From positions 4,588,001 to 4,652,000 of the forward strand of contig JAYWIR010000003.1 in assembly GCA_036172245.1 (NCBI GenBank): DNA of 64,000 bases. The letters are read 5' to 3'. This stretch comes from Raillietiella orientalis. Lineage: Eukaryota. The translations under genes were made by a program, and so were the position numbers. Below are positions 1-11,244 of the stretch, piece after piece. The notes below the pieces were generated by a model. It was not told where the DNA came from. It worked only from the letters and a program-made list of their open reading frames with translations, and ran no database searches. The stretch's first letter is position 1. The number at the start of each line of letters is the position of its first letter.

Positions 1-149
1 CTCTTCGTGCGTTCTTTCTCCACCAACTCTGCGACGCGGAGCGTCTTTCCTGTTTTCTTCCCGCTCCCACCTAGGCGTTTATTGTAGGATCGCGTTTGCG
101 TTGAGCAGCCGACCGAAGGAAAAAAAAAGGAAAGGTCACTCCACCATAG

Positions 150-1950
150 TGGAATCTCCAAAGAATCGTGGTACGGCGGTATGGGTCCAGGGGGCGTTTC
201 TGCTCGCAGGCAGTGCGAACTTCTGGACGATCTCCCAGAGGTTCGCACTGGGAGTGGGGAAGGGGGGATGGGAATGGGAAAGGAGTAAAGAAAAGAAAAG
301 AAACCACCTTGTTGCCTGCACTGTGAGTCTTGCGGGAGAATCACGGTGAAGAAACTCTTGGCTGTATGCCGACGACCTGGTCTTCTATGCCCGAACCGAA
401 AAAGACCTGAAGTTGAGGCTACGTCACTTGGAGAATCTCGCGTCTCGCTCTGGTCTCACCATCAATCCGTCCGAGTGCGCAGGACTGTTCTAGTTAGGGA
501 ATACTCCCCGTGGATTAAGAAACGTCAACTTGGAGGCTAGCAGCGGTGCCATTCCAAACATCCCAGTATCTGAAGCATGCAGATACTTAGGAAACACTGG
601 TCGGGATCGCAGTATTTGACACCATTCCGTCAAAGGGGGAGATAGTCAAGAAAACCCAAACTCTACTAACGTCTGGGCTCTCTCCCTGGCAGAAGCTGGA
701 TGCGACGAAGACTTACTTCTTTCCTAGCCTCGTACCAGAGGCCAGGTGCGCATCCCAGAAGCGATTGGAAGTTCGCCGACAGGGAGAAGTCTGTGTTGCA
801 CCTCGTCCAGCGCTGCTGATCAGTACTTATACGGGAATGGGAGGAAGAGATGTCTAAGGGTGATACGGCTGTTTGATGAAGCTGGCACCTTCATAATAGG
901 CAGCTGCTTCGAGACCCTGACATCTAACATCTTCTGTCGCCGTTAAGGATGTTGCCAAGAACTTAACTCCGAGAGGTAGTGCTTAAAAAAAACTGCTGCA
1001 GCTGCCTTCGGAGGAAGATCTTGCAAGATTCCTATCTGGCGATCCGTCTGGAAAACTTTTCCCGGATCAGTGGAGATACCAAAGGCATATGGACCACTGG
1101 AAGCCGAGCCCCTCCACCTGGAGCTTCGAGGATGGTGGAACCAGAATCCAACTAGGAGAGCTGGCGTTCGGCGCACCGATGAGGAGGAAGTTCGCTGTGG
1201 ATGGTGCGCGACGCACGAAGAAAGTGAGTGTGGCTATAACTGATTGGTCAATATCCGGACCAAGGGAAAGCCATGAGATGTGCAGGACCCTGTCGTTCCT
1301 CAAGTTACTTCTTGGCAACTGGTGAACATCTTCGTTTCGCCGACTATCGATTCATCCATGCGGGCAAGACTGAACCTGCTGTCGATTCAGGGGCGTCTCA
1401 GGGAAACCCCAAAGAGAAAGATCGTGCCACCGCTGTGTAGTCTGGGATGAGACCCTGCCTCGAGTTCCACATTACTGCACGAGGCGCTCTCTCCCGCAGG
1501 CAGCGAGGCACGGCGACATCGCAGGATTGTCGGCAGCAGATAAGGATGCTGCAGGGTGGCCCAGACTGTACTTGCGAGCGATCCCAATGTGAGAGGCCCG
1601 ACCTGGCGACGCAGAAGGCAAACAGGACGATAATCCTTGAATGTCCATTCGAGAACACCGAGGAGGCATTCCACTCCAGCAAGAACAGAGGAAGAGGACA
1701 AGCATCAAGAGATTGCCCTACTGCTAAGAAGGAAAGGACTTCGGCTCGAAGCCAAAGTCCTTTTGGGCGCGCCAGGAACCCGGATCCCCGGAACGATGGC
1801 GTAGCTCGCGAGCTGAGCATCCCGAAACCGTATGCCGAGAAAATGAGACACCTGACGGTGGTCTCATGCATACAGCACAGTAGGAGCATCCACTGGACGC
1901 ACCGACTGGGACACTCTCCGGATGACGTTCATCCAGAGACGAGGCCATGA
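150..1950 (+). mobile_element. Decayed RLE-type non-LTR retrotransposon (Utopia/NeSL-like): 3' half of RT, CCHC knuckle and restriction-like endonuclease
   Basis: Frameshifted + strand translation gives LYADDLVF (YADD at 365-376), GLTINPSEC, CRYLG, LLTSGLSPWQKLDATKTYFFPSL (~663-730), QYLYG, RFADYRFIH..RLNLL (~1333-1381), ETLPRVPHYC, RPDL, IILECPFEN and C-terminal YAEKMRHLTVVSCIQHSRSIHWTHRLGH. These match the order and form of Utopia/NeSL motifs. Many stops and frameshifts; 5' boundary approximate. Confidence 0.88.
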
Positions 1951-2598
1951 CGCGGCGGCTGCAGAAGAGGAGAGTTCCCCATCCAGCCCATGAACAAAAA
2001 AGAAGCCTCTGGAAGAGGACAAGAAGACAAGGCGGATACATCCGACTTGGGTGCGATGCGTGCAGAAATTAAAGAAATCCCTCTGTGAAGAAAGTTCCAA
2101 ATCAAATCCTTGTCGGCTCAATTTTGTCCGCTCTCTGTGTTTTCGCGGTGTTGCTTTTAGTTTGAAAAGAAATCAGGAAAGTTTTTCGTGCCCTCGGTGT
2201 CCTGCTGTGTCGCTGGTTGCCTGCGACGACCTGGAGGAGCTGCATGTTGGGCTACCTTCTCTTGTTGGATTGGTAGCACTACGAGCCCTATACCAGTTTC
2301 CTGTTGGAATTCCCATTTATAATGTTGCTGGCGGTACTCTTCGCTGTTCGTTTTCAACCTTTTGTTTTTGCTTTCTGTTTTGTTTGTCTTCATTGTTCTC
2401 TTGTTTTATTGTTATCTGCCTGCCTCATTGTCTGTCTTGGTACGTACCTGGCACAAGATCCAACTGATTGCAAGCAACGGGAGGCTGCTGTCTGCGTCCA
2501 GTACCCCAAGGCCAGGACGTTGGCATTTTTCGTCTGGACCGAAGGTCACCGTCGGTCCCACCTGCGTGAAGAGATATCAACGCCCAGCATCCCGACGG

Positions 2599-2617
2599 CT
2601 CTCTCTCTCTCTCTCTC
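2599..2617. repeat. (CT)n microsatellite
   Basis: ctctctctctctctctctc seen directly. Confidence 0.9.
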
Positions 2618-2939
2618 CGCCTGCATGCGAAAGGCGGAACGTGAGGACGATCCGGGAGCTGCCGGTGGCACCAGGCAAGAGGTGGTGACCACGTCCGGAA
2701 GGGGGGAAGAGAAGCAGGCGAGTTCTCAGAGGAACCGAGCGCTCCCCTGCGGCTTATCAAGAGGCGGAGAGCTGGTGTTGAGGCACCGTGCTGCGGTGGA
2801 CCACTCCGCTGCACAAAAAAGCTCACTTGCCATAGCTCCGTGGCAACGGATCATTAGGCTGGGAGTGTGGAGTGAGCCAGGTCCGGTTGCCCGCGGAGGC
2901 TGCGATGCGCCTCTCGACGTCGTCCTAAGCGCGGGCCAA

Positions 2940-3315
2940 TGAGGAGGAGGAGGAGGTTGATCTGCTATTATTGATGATGACGACACGGTTGCTGCTCTTG
3001 CTGTTACCTGTCGTTGTCGTTGTGAATGTAGTTGTTGTCGATGATGATGATGATGATGATGGTAGTGGTAGTGATGGTGCTGTGGCTTCTCTTGCTGGCG
3101 GTGATGTTCACAAAGACGACAATGATGACGATATTGTTGCTGATGCTCTTGCTGCTGTTCTTGTTGCTGTTGTCGTTGTCGTTGCTGCTCTTGTTGATGG
3201 CGAGGATGCTCATGACGATGCTGCTTTGGTTGTCTCTGTCGTCGTCGCTGCTGTCGCTGTTGATATGATAGAAATGGTGATCATGGTGCTGCTGTTGTTT
3301 TTGATGATGATGAGA
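2940..3315. repeat. Compound trinucleotide low-complexity tract (GAG/GAT/GTT/GCT/GTC/GGT)
   Basis: Runs such as gatgatgatgatgatgatgat, gttgtcgttgtc and gctgct in one phase. These explain the overlapping poly-D/V/M/L ORFs in the ORF track. Confidence 0.9.
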
Positions 3316-4963
3316 AGGAGGAGGGCCGCACTGCCTTCCTTCCTCCCCTTCCCCCCGTGCCTCTCGCTGCCCTTCCTTCCGCAGTTTCACGATCGCCTAC
3401 GTGAAGGCGAGAAAGGAAGACGAGAGAGGAGGGAAGCAGGCGAGGACGCCCTGGAGGACGCTCCCTCGTTCCGGGCGAGTTCCTCGAGATGAGGCGGAGG
3501 GGAGAAAGCAAGACTGTCCCGAAATTTCAGGACCTCGGGCTTTCCCTCCGTGGAGTTACCCCCACGGTGCGATGCAAGGTGCTCTCCCTTCCCCCTTCCC
3601 AGGGTGTGCCAAGAGTTCCACTCCCTCCGCCAGACGGGGAGACTCCCTGTGCCTCTGTCGGGAGGTGGTGAGAGAGCTCGCGAGTGCCCGGGGGGGGGGG
3701 GTCAGAGGGAAGGGGACAAGGGGGAAGAAAAGTTGCGCCCGGTTCCACTCTCCCTTTCCTACCCTTCCTCGCATGAGAGACGCAGCACAGGAAACCATGT
3801 AGGAAGAGGGAGGAGCAGCAGACCCTCGTCCCTCTTCCAGGTGCCGCGCTTTCTCTCCTCCCACCCTTTCCGCTCCACCGATCTGGAAGACCAACGTTCT
3901 GCGGGCGTGGCAGCTCCCACCGCGGGGAAGACGGACGCGCGCGTCCTCGTCCGTCCGATTCCCTGACGACCCTCGCGGAAGGCAAAGCGGAGGATGGTGG
4001 CAGAGGTCCTTCTGCTGGTGGAAGATGCAGCTCCCTGGGAGGTGGCTCCTGGAGCGAATTCTTACGGACTCGATCCCCGGAGGCCGCATCTTCTGCGGAG
4101 GGCTCGCCCGGAAATTCCGGCTCTCCTTCCTCGGACGGACAGATGACCGCAGCGGGCACAGGGAGGGTATGGTAGAGTCACGAGGGAGGGGATTGCCAAG
4201 GCGACATCCGCGGCAACACAAAGAGCTTCGAGGCGTCCGAGTAAGCTAACCAGGCCGCTCACCAGTCGACCCGCTCGGTTTCGCCGTCGGGTATTGGATC
4301 TTCAGCCCGTCAGCGGCGCGCACCCCATGACTCCATCCTCGTAACTCCGCCCTTCGTCGCGTCGTCGCCGGATGCTTCCTCTCGGCGCGCGCCGCCCCTG
4401 CGGTGGGTCCTCCGCTTCAGGTGCTGCATCTTCGCGGCAAGATGTTCCGCGCACCTTCTTTCTCCCATTCCGGCGAATGATTCGCCTGTGCCTCCTCGTT
4501 CTCCATTCGAACCCCCCCCCCCGCGCCTGCTTTCCCGTCGAGCGATTACCCCTCCTTCCTGGGAGGTCCGAGGTCTGGGACAGGAGGAGTCCCGCTGTCT
4601 CATTGGGACTGCATGAAGAACCCCACGCCCGAAGCCCGCCGTTTCCTTCGCCAGCGGCATCCTCGGCCCCGAAGCACCAGGCCTTTCAAGGACGCTGAAT
4701 GCGCTTTCCCGTTCCAATCAATGTCCTTTTTTATTGTTGCAATCGGGCCCGCCGTGCAGGCCCCACGGGTCCCCTTCATGACCGCGTGCATACGGCTGGC
4801 TGCGAGGTCACGTCGGTCATCCATCCCAGCTAAAAGTCACACCGAGTCCTGAGAGAAGGAGATTCCCAGGGGATAAAGTGTACGCTCGTCTTGTGTTCAA
4901 ATCAGAGAAGAAGAAGAAAAAGATCGACCATCGGGACACCCGGCGACAGATCCTCTTCGGTCA

Positions 4964-5356
4964 CTAACTTAGGCAGCCATGGATGTTGTAAAGCATCTGG
5001 CGCAGAAGCGGCTCCTCGTCTCTTCCGCCTCCGCCGTACGACACCGCGACGAATCCTGGATCGATTGTGATGGACAGTTCCTCGGGATAGAACTGGAAGA
5101 CTACGTCTGGATCCAGGCCACTGGCGAAGCAAGCGTTGCTGAGGATGCTCTTGAATGCTCCGCCTATCCTGAAGCACCGGCTCTCCGAGTGCCGCTTCGG
5201 GTCGTTGGGGAACCACTGCAGGTGGTAGAAGGCCATCAGCTCCCATACCAGAGCGGTCTCGAACATGCTGAGCTGCAGTTCGGAGAACACGGCGTGTAAG
5301 CTGCTCCTCAGGTAGTTGGCGATGAAATTCACCGCAATGCTGACCTCCACGAACAT
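4964..5356 (-). CDS. Intronless BTG/Tob (APRO) domain protein, 130 aa, divergent
   Basis: ATG at 5356: MFVEVSIAVNFIANYL...FETALVWELMAFYHLQWFPNDPKRHSESRCFRI (Box A-like)...ACFASGLD...YPEELSITIDPGFVAVSYG (Box B-like). The N-terminus matches the BTG M..E...AV.F pattern. Confidence 0.85.
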   Translation of the reverse strand: MFVEVSIAVNFIANYLRSSLHAVFSELQLSMFETALVWELMAFYHLQWFPNDPKRHSESRCFRIGGAFKSILSNACFASGLDPDVVFQFYPEELSITIDPGFVAVSYGGGGRDEEPLLRQMLYNIHGCLS

Positions 5357-8319
5357 TGCGCGTCTTCTAGGGTTGCTCTCTCTCTCAGAGGTGTCAGCCT
5401 TTTTCCTTTCTTTTTCTTTCCGGTCACTCACTCGTTCGCTTTCTTCTCGAGGTGGCTTCGTGGGCGGTCACTGTCACGATCCGTCTTCGTCTCTGGTCTC
5501 CAGCGGGGGATCTGAGCGTTCCGAAAGCACGGTCGAACGGCGGACTCCTCCAGACGACTACGCCAACCAGTTGTGTCGACACCACGCCACTGATCACCAG
5601 GGGGAACTCTTGCTGCATTAAGTATCGCGAACCCCCAAATTTGCGCCTGTAACCATGCGCTGGGCACCGCCGCACGCTTCGGGTGAACTGCGCACCGGAT
5701 GCCTGAACTGCAGGGGTAAGAGGACGGTGTTTCCGCTTGCGCACCCTCACTTGGCCCGGCTCGGGGCTCGTGGCGTGGAAGAGCTCCCCAGCTGGCAGGG
5801 ACACACACAGCAATTTCGCTGAGACGGGAGACTTGGGGACTCTGAAACGTATCCTCACATTCCCAAAGGGGGTCCCCTCTTAAACAAGGAAAAGGGAAGC
5901 GCGAGTTATTTGTCTGGGGAAGAAAGAGGCAAGGGGACTCCCAGAAAACCCCCAGCGGAAACTTCCTCTTGGATCCCTACCCATGCGTCTCAAGAGTACG
6001 TCTTGATACCGGAGAAGACATCGCCTGCTTGCCGAAGCAGCACGAAGCGAACGTGGAAAGAAGTCTCCACTGAGCAGCCGCAAGGAAAATCCGCACGCGT
6101 GAAAGAATGTGGAGGTTCTTTCACTCGTTTGGATGGGTTGTCTCGGGGCGGGGGGGGGGGATGCGGGACTTGGCCAGCCGTTTAGATCCGAGCAAAAGAG
6201 CATCTCAAAGCGAACAGCCTCACATCGTTTCTGGGTCGTTGCCCAGAACGCATCGGGACAACCGCCATCCTTGCAAGCCTTCCATCCTAAAATTTCCCTA
6301 CGCTGGCAGTCGCTTCTTCCAACACGCATTCTCGGTCCATCCTTGGCAAAGATTGCCGGAATCTCACCCAAGTCGTCAAAGAGAACGGTGCTTTCGATGG
6401 GGCTCGAGAATAGAGATATTCCGTACTGGAAGCAACAGTGCAGAGGCCAAAGTCAAGAGTGAAGAAACACACACCACGTTAAGCAAGTGGTTTCCAAACC
6501 GCAGGCAAAGAGGAAGCCCACGCCTTCTCGGAAAAAATCAGCGTCTCGTAAGTGTTAGTAATGGATGAGCGTATGCAGCCCAGTGCTGCTTGTCTAGAAA
6601 CCCATCCGAAGGCTCACGTTCGAGTGCTCATCGGCCCTGATATACAGCATCACGACCATTTTCTGGCTGTAATGCAGCAGTTTTTTTCGTTTTTTTTTTC
6701 TGTTTCAGAGACACCGAGGCACATCGACAGCAAATGCACTGGATTCGGACGTGTCAGCATACAGCTGCAACCAACCGGCATGGCTTATGTAAACAACACT
6801 GAGCACGAAATTTTCCCCACTATCATTTGAGCTCTTCCTGATATGTGATAGCGAACAAATTTCTCTCGTTTCTGAAGCTCCTCTGAAGAAAAATTTCATT
6901 CCGCCTTGGCCCTTCACAAGATGCTGATGTCCCTAATTGGGATTTTTTGCTTACAATGAGGAAACCTACATTTCCAGCAGCTTGAACCTTTTCTTCTCGC
7001 AGGGGAAACCTTCAACTAAAAAAATCTCGGCGTTCCAGCTTACAGATTGAAAACTCACCTCAATGCAAACTCATTTTGACACACGAAACAAGACACACCC
7101 ACACGCAAATCGTATCGCTCATCAGCTGATGCAGCACAAGCGTCTCTTTTGGCCCCATTTTAAATCTGGAATTTTCATCAGCGCTGCATCGAAACGCCAT
7201 GAGATTGGCTTTACGGAATTGCGAGAAATTCCGGGTAGACATGCAGTAGGGGGGGTTGCCGATCGCTCAGAGCATTCATAACCAACACCGAACCATGAGT
7301 ATGCTGTCGCCAACAAAAGCCCGAACCTCCTCTGCGCCCTTCTTGCCGGGAAGCTGAGTGGACTTTGTCCCATCACTTGAAGTGCTTCTTGATCAGCTGG
7401 CTGCAAAAGAAGATAAAGGCAATAACTTGCTGAATGACAGCGGCAAGCAATCTTATGAATCTCAGCAACGATTGGCAGAAGATGTGCCAGTAGCTCATCT
7501 GAATGCGAACTGTCAGTAGAGAGCTTTCAGATGCAATGAAAGCATGCAAAAGACTTATCTGAAGACTGGACTCCCGCGACTAAAAGTTCCCGTTTGCTTA
7601 GCCTTTCCAAAAGTGATTCCCTGCAGCCCCAAGGCGCATAGCAAACACAATCGCAGGACAGTTCCAACAGTTTCTTATCGTTCTGGAATGACGGCGAAAT
7701 CCTTTCTAACGATTTGCAAAATGCTGCTCATTGTACAGTACAATCGTCAAGCTTTCAGATAATTCACCAGAATGAGGATTTCGCCAAAGCGCCCAGGAAA
7801 AAACGACAACCTTGCTCTCTATTTCTCTCCTTCTTCTGGTTTCAAGGTTTGTTTGTTTCTGGTACGAAAAGATAACAGGGAAAGGTCTGCAGATCAGAAA
7901 GGTCCCTGTCTTCAACAGACATTTCTGCTTCCCTTTGGTCGTTCTAGGGTCGTCTCAACGTAGATTCAAGTTTGCAAACTTGAAACTTGCATCCTTGGCC
8001 CAGACCGGCGATCAAATCGCCCATCTGCAGATGTTTTGCTTCGCAGCACTGCTCTTTAGCATCCTTGCTCTCAGGAAAAGTGTGCTGGGTTGCCCAAATG
8101 TTTCCTTTCCTTGATAAGCAAGGCGTGCCCTGTGGCCGGTGCCCTAATGTTGAAGTGGGGCATTGCTTGTGCACGAGTTAACTTGACGAAGGCGGCGGCA
8201 GGTATTTGTCCGTTGCATCCCTTGAGGAATCTTCCAGCATTGTGGTCATTGGGAAATGCATTCTTTAAATATTTTTAGTATTAACTAAATAAATTTTAAA
8301 CTTGATTGGTTCAAAAAGG

Positions 8320-8374
8320 TAGGGCGTAGTTTAATAGAATATTTTGTTTACAACAAAAAGGAAAAATTTCTTGT
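8320..8374 (+). tRNA. trnV: Mitochondrial tRNA-Val(UAC), T-arm-less, within a NUMT
   Basis: D-arm gttt-aata-gaat; anticodon stem ttttg/caaaa with 7-nt loop tttacaa (TAC at 8349-8351); 8-nt aggaaaaa in place of the variable and T arms; weak acceptor stem tagggcg/tttcttg. Directly abuts the 12S rRNA. Confidence 0.72.
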
Positions 8375-9075
8375 TTAAATTAAAAACTAATATGACAGAA
8401 ATATATGCATTAAATTTAGGATTTAATTATGCTTGAAGCTGTTAGTAAGGATTTTTTACATGTGATTTAATATTAGTTGAAATAATAAGGTATATATGAA
8501 TTTTAAAAATAAAATGCGTAGTATTTAATTTTAATTATAAAAAAAATTTGAATTAGTAATTATTTAACATTTTGCTAACATGCGTGCCAGCAGTAGCGGT
8601 TAAACGTAAAAATTAAATTAATATTAATATTTTATTAATTTGAAATGAAATTGAAATTTTTGGTTTTATATTTAAATATTAATTTTTAATAAACTATTGT
8701 TCATAAATTAGAATTAGGTACTCTAATATAAATAGTGGATATTTAAAAGTGAGGAGGAAGACTTTTACGAATTGGTGGTAATGAGGATTAGTAGGGGAGC
8801 TTGCTTAGTAAAGGAACTTACCTTTTTGGCGTTTGTATATCGTTGATTTGATCATTTAAGAGTTATTGAAAGTTTTAATCAAGATGCAGCATGAAAAGGA
8901 ATATTAGTGAGCTACGATATTTTAAGTTTGGATGTATATATGTAATTTTATATTGAAACGGGATTTAATTGCAAATTTATTTGAGAAAGGTAGATTGAAT
9001 GTAATAATCATTAAATGCAAATCGCCCGTCGCTCTGATATAAGATTAGGTAAGTCGTAACATAGTGGATGTACCG
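8375..9075 (+). rRNA. rrnS: Mitochondrial 12S rRNA (rrnS) nuclear copy (NUMT), near full length, 3'-truncated
   Basis: Abrupt very AT-rich block with SSU motifs in the correct order: gtgccagcagtagcggtta (~8584), tagaattaggtactcta, gtgagctac, aatcgcccgtcgctct (~9020), taagtcgtaacatagt (~9050). About 700 nt, the size of invertebrate 12S. Confidence 0.93.
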
Positions 9076-9254
9076 ATGTACTTTTGCCATATAACCTTTA
9101 CCTCCAAATAAAAGACCGGTTAATCTTTCCGTTGAAAACGTTGCAGATGTTGAAAAGCCATAATATCTATCTGGCAATAGTAAGTAATACGAAAAACACG
9201 AATTTACGTGAAGGTTTGCCGAGACAATAACGCTAAGCCCTAGAGTTTGCCTAG

Positions 9255-9298
9255 AGTATTGTCCAAAGGTCGAATGTTTTCGACCTTTGGACAGTACT
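9255..9298. repeat. Inverted repeat, 20-bp arms (one G-T pair), 4-nt loop
   Basis: agtattgtccaaaggtcgaa-tgtt-ttcgacctttggacagtact. Confidence 0.92.
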
Positions 9299-10199
9299 GA
9301 AGGAGAGTGCACAATGAGGAAGCGTAGGACGTCTCTGCAATTTTGCCCCTCACCCCCACCGCCTTGGAGTAGCCACGAGTGGTCGTCGTCGCATAACTTT
9401 TGCATTGAAAACTAGCAATTTGAACCGTCATGTCCGTTGGTCGTAAACGTAAAAAGTTCCTGCAACGGAAAAAAACGTTAGTCGTATGAAATACTATTCG
9501 TGGGATGATCGAGAAGTGCAACCAAAAATGTAAATTAGGTTGAGCTTCAGTGTTGTTGCCGGTGTTTTGAACGTCGACCATGCTAATGGATTCCAGTCAG
9601 GGTAAGGTTTCACGATATTGCGACACTGTAAGACCTTGCATCATTTAGAATGATGCTTACAAGTTGTAATTGCATGAAAAAAATGTGAACGGCGAAAATG
9701 AACATCCAAATCAAGATCATACAATATGAAGCCCCACCAACATTACAAGCCTTAATAATTAGGTTCCTCGAGAATGCAACCATTATTGACCGCTCACTTC
9801 ATCCCAGTGTTGTTGTTCTTTCGGTGAATTAACGAGGTGTAGCTTAACAAGCACAAATCTTGATGGATTTTTTGAACTATTTGATCTTGATGCAATTCTA
9901 ATTTGGATTCGGTTATCAAAGTAGAAGATGAAGCCAATTTTATTTTACAATCACAGTTTTCAAAACCTGTGTCTTCAGCTAATATCATATACTGCAAAAG
10001 TTCTTGTTTTGACACATGGCATATGCCATGTAATATTAAATGTCTTTATTATCCCAAGAAAACTATGGATACAGAAAACATCAGAATGATGCATAAATGT
10101 AGCTTCTGGATTCTGGTGAGAAGCTTTGTGCTCATTTGTTAGCCTTTAGGACATACTATCTCTAGCAGAGAGGTTGCAATACAGTTATGATACCAAATC

Positions 10200-11036
10200 T
10201 TATGATGCCCATGCAGCTAATTCCTTCATATCTTCCTCATCTTCATCCACCTTTTTGACTTCTAAAACAAATAACGAGGAATAATCATTTACTTCATTGA
10301 GTGATCTTACTAGATGGTTTTGCAGGTTCACCAACAGGTGCAGATGGTAATTCTCCAATGCCTAGTAATTCCTTGTCTAGGTCATTTTGTTCCATTTCTT
10401 CTAATTCCCTTTCCAACTCGTCCTGCTCATAATGACAAATAATCATGCAACAATCCTGTGAATCTAACCTCATCAACATCTTGGTCAAATCCTATTGGAC
10501 TAGAGATAGCATCTGATATCTCCCTGGAAATTCCTTGCTGTTCAGCAATATCATCCATCATATCATGCACTTGATCAATATCCCTGAAATAAGACATACA
10601 TCACCTCATGATCTGAAAGATATACGAGCCAACATATGATCATGAGCAGTTTTGAGTGCTTTGGCTGCATCACTCATAGCTTTCAGCACTGCACTATTAG
10701 TATTGGCCCCTTCTAGAGCCTCCCTCTGCATTTCAATGGTGGAAAGAGTACCATCAATCTGTTGCAGCTGTTTTTCATAACGTTTTTTCCTCTTCAGTGC
10801 TTGCAAAGCAGCTGCAAACAACTAATCAGCACTCCTTGTCCAAATGTCTCACCTCTTTTATTCTGCATGCCAAACTTCTTAGCATTCTTCAGCTCAGTAT
10901 CGATCTTGCCTTCTAAGAACACCTGCTTTTTGATGAGCATATCCTCTGTTTCTCTTAGCCTTTGGATAGCTTGAGAGGTGCTCATTGATGACTCATCTTT
11001 TTTACTCCCCCCAAACACACGTGTTAAGAAACTCAT
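10200..11036 (-). CDS. CHMP4: CHMP4/Snf7/Vps32 (shrub) ESCRT-III subunit; exons 11036-10853, 10811-10634, 10583-10469, 10422-10311, 10261-10200
   Basis: MSFLTRVFGG...AIQRLRETEDMLIKKQ...NKRAALQALKRKKRYEKQLQQIDGTLSTIEMQREALE...MDIDQVHDMMDDIAEQQ...DEEDMKELAAWAS*. Four GT-AG introns (41, 50, 46, 49 nt) keep the frame. Confidence 0.96.
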
Positions 11037-11244
11037 CTTACACTACACTGAAATGAGAAAAAGGGGGGGAGAGGGAAACTAAACTAAACAACCCATCCAT
11101 GACTTCATGCTGAGACCAGGAAGGTGGTGAAGCAGTGCTGTACACCTTCCACCTATGAATGCTCTCAAAGTTACGCATGCTGCTTTATTCCATACAGGCC
11201 TTAAAGACCATGTCCCAGAGGAAATATTAACTGCGATACAACAC

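Noticed and set aside
2971..3492. 173-aa V/D/A-rich ORF and overlapping poly-M/L ORFs
   Set aside because: Explained by the trinucleotide low-complexity tract; no domain.
3400..4900. Many long overlapping ORFs on both strands
   Set aside because: Expected in GC-rich DNA with few stop codons; R/P/G/S-rich with no family motifs.
5600..5860. Possible decayed zinc-finger segment on the minus strand
   Set aside because: Cys/His spacing cannot be recovered without arbitrary frameshifts.
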